NCBI GenBank assembly: GCA_030704615.1
Contig: CM060731.1
Location: forward strand, 85,498,001-85,562,000
DNA: 64,000 nucleotides
Direction of reading: 5' to 3'
Source: Takakia lepidozioides
Taxonomy: Eukaryota; Plantae; Bryophyta
Of the stretch, positions 62,875 through 64,000 are shown piece after piece; within the stretch, counting starts at the first letter, position 1, and each line of letters begins with the position of its first letter. The position numbers and the translations under genes are program-made. The notes beneath the pieces were generated by a model. The model was not told the origin of the DNA. It ran no database searches and worked only from the letters and a program-made list of their open reading frames with translations.

Positions 62875-63950
62875 TCATCTTCTATGCCTAGCTAGTCACT
62901 GTAGCCTAAATTTCCGGCCAGAGTAGTTTAGCTCCTCTCTTGACCTAAAGTTGTCTTGGTTCGTGCTGGGATACACCAGTTCTCTACCTCGAGAGTGATG
63001 GCTTGTTACGAAGCCCCTCCTACGATTTTTCCATCCAATCCTCTTGTCATAGCAAGCAACATAAACTTAAGGGGGCTGGGTATAAAAGGTAATAGCCCAA
63101 GGTCTAGAATTCCTCCCCTTTTTTGGGCGGGGTCTCTGCCCACTGGTTAACCCCGCGCCCCCGCCACGTGGCGGGGCGCCGTGCAGTGCGGCAGACCGCG
63201 GGGCCAGTTCCCGGTCCGAGAGATTATCCAACGGTCCGTCCGCTTCCTCAAGGGACCAGGGGACGGCGCGCTTCTTGTGTGTCTCGGCGCCACGCAGCGG
63301 CTCCACACGAGCTGTGATCGTACATGTACCTTAGTCAACGGGGCCGCAGGCTGCAGCGCCTTGGCGCGTGGCCCCTAGAGTGTCCTGGCTAAACTGATTT
63401 GGGTTCGCCTGGCTATGGTGGAGCCCCAGCCACCCCGGCGGGCTGCTCCTTTGTCCTATGGCGGCTGGGCAGCCAGATTCAAATGATTCAAGTCCCTAGC
63501 ACCAAAAAAAACAAACACCTTGCTTCCCTTGCTTGTCAAGGGGTCCCCTTGCTATTAGGGGTGCAACTTTTAGAGGTTTAGCTTAATCCAATCCCTCCTT
63601 CACATAAATGACCTCTGGTCTTGTCTGACCATATTTTCCAGATCTGAAAATCAACAACTAGCTTCATAAATCATACAAGCTATGGGCTCTCAAGCCACTA
63701 TATAATGCTCCCAAGGTCTATGCCTTTGGGGTAAATCACAATGCTTCCCTTTTGATCATGTCAAAGCAGAGGGTTAGTTTTTCTTCATGCACACACATAG
63801 ACACTAGCCCCTAGCATTGCGAGCTCGGGGCTCAGTGAAAATCAATCAAATGAAATAATTTCAAAGCAAATAAAAGAGGGGGTGATGGTGGATCATCCTT
63901 ACATCAGATGGTGGAGCTCGGGATGCTCTACTAGCTCGGTAGAATGGTGC

Positions 63951-64000
63951 TGTCAAGTTATTTTACCACTAGTGTGAAACTAGCTAGGAAATAGTTAGCT
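63951..64000. mobile_element. Start of an LTR of the 55507 family, running off the window
   Basis: TGTCAAGTTATTTTACCACTAGTGTGAAACTAGCTAGGAAATAG matches 55507-55550. Confidence 0.85.

Overview
Repeat-dense nuclear DNA of a land plant, most likely a bryophyte or other non-seed plant. This is inferred from the spliceosomal introns, PLS-type PPR remnants, AAACCCT telomere-like motifs and the RBOH gene. The only clearly intact host gene is a 15-exon respiratory burst oxidase homolog (RBOH, 35230-40364). Most of the rest is nested and decayed mobile DNA: Ty3/gypsy elements (one chromovirus with both LTRs, PBS, PPT and TSD), three copies of an RNase H + RLE non-LTR retrotransposon, hAT, SWIM and piggyBac transposase fragments, and a Helitron-like element. 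The most striking locus is 1-7136. It holds an 8-exon gene fusing a ParB/Srx domain (DGNHRLLA) to a prokaryotic-type beta-class N4C/N6A DNA methyltransferase. About 18 copies of the palindrome GGAAATGCGG-NN-CCGCATTTCC accompany it: three in its introns, about 14 in a downstream array, and one between a head-to-head pair of paralogous orphan genes. A diverged paralog fragment of the fusion gene lies at about 51.2-51.8 kb. The non-LTR element also carries a PCIF1-like methyltransferase domain and a tetraloop-rich 3' end. A second palindrome array with about 51-bp phasing occurs at 25-26.7 kb and again at 61.3-62.8 kb. All calls come from motif recognition by eye; no database searches were run.
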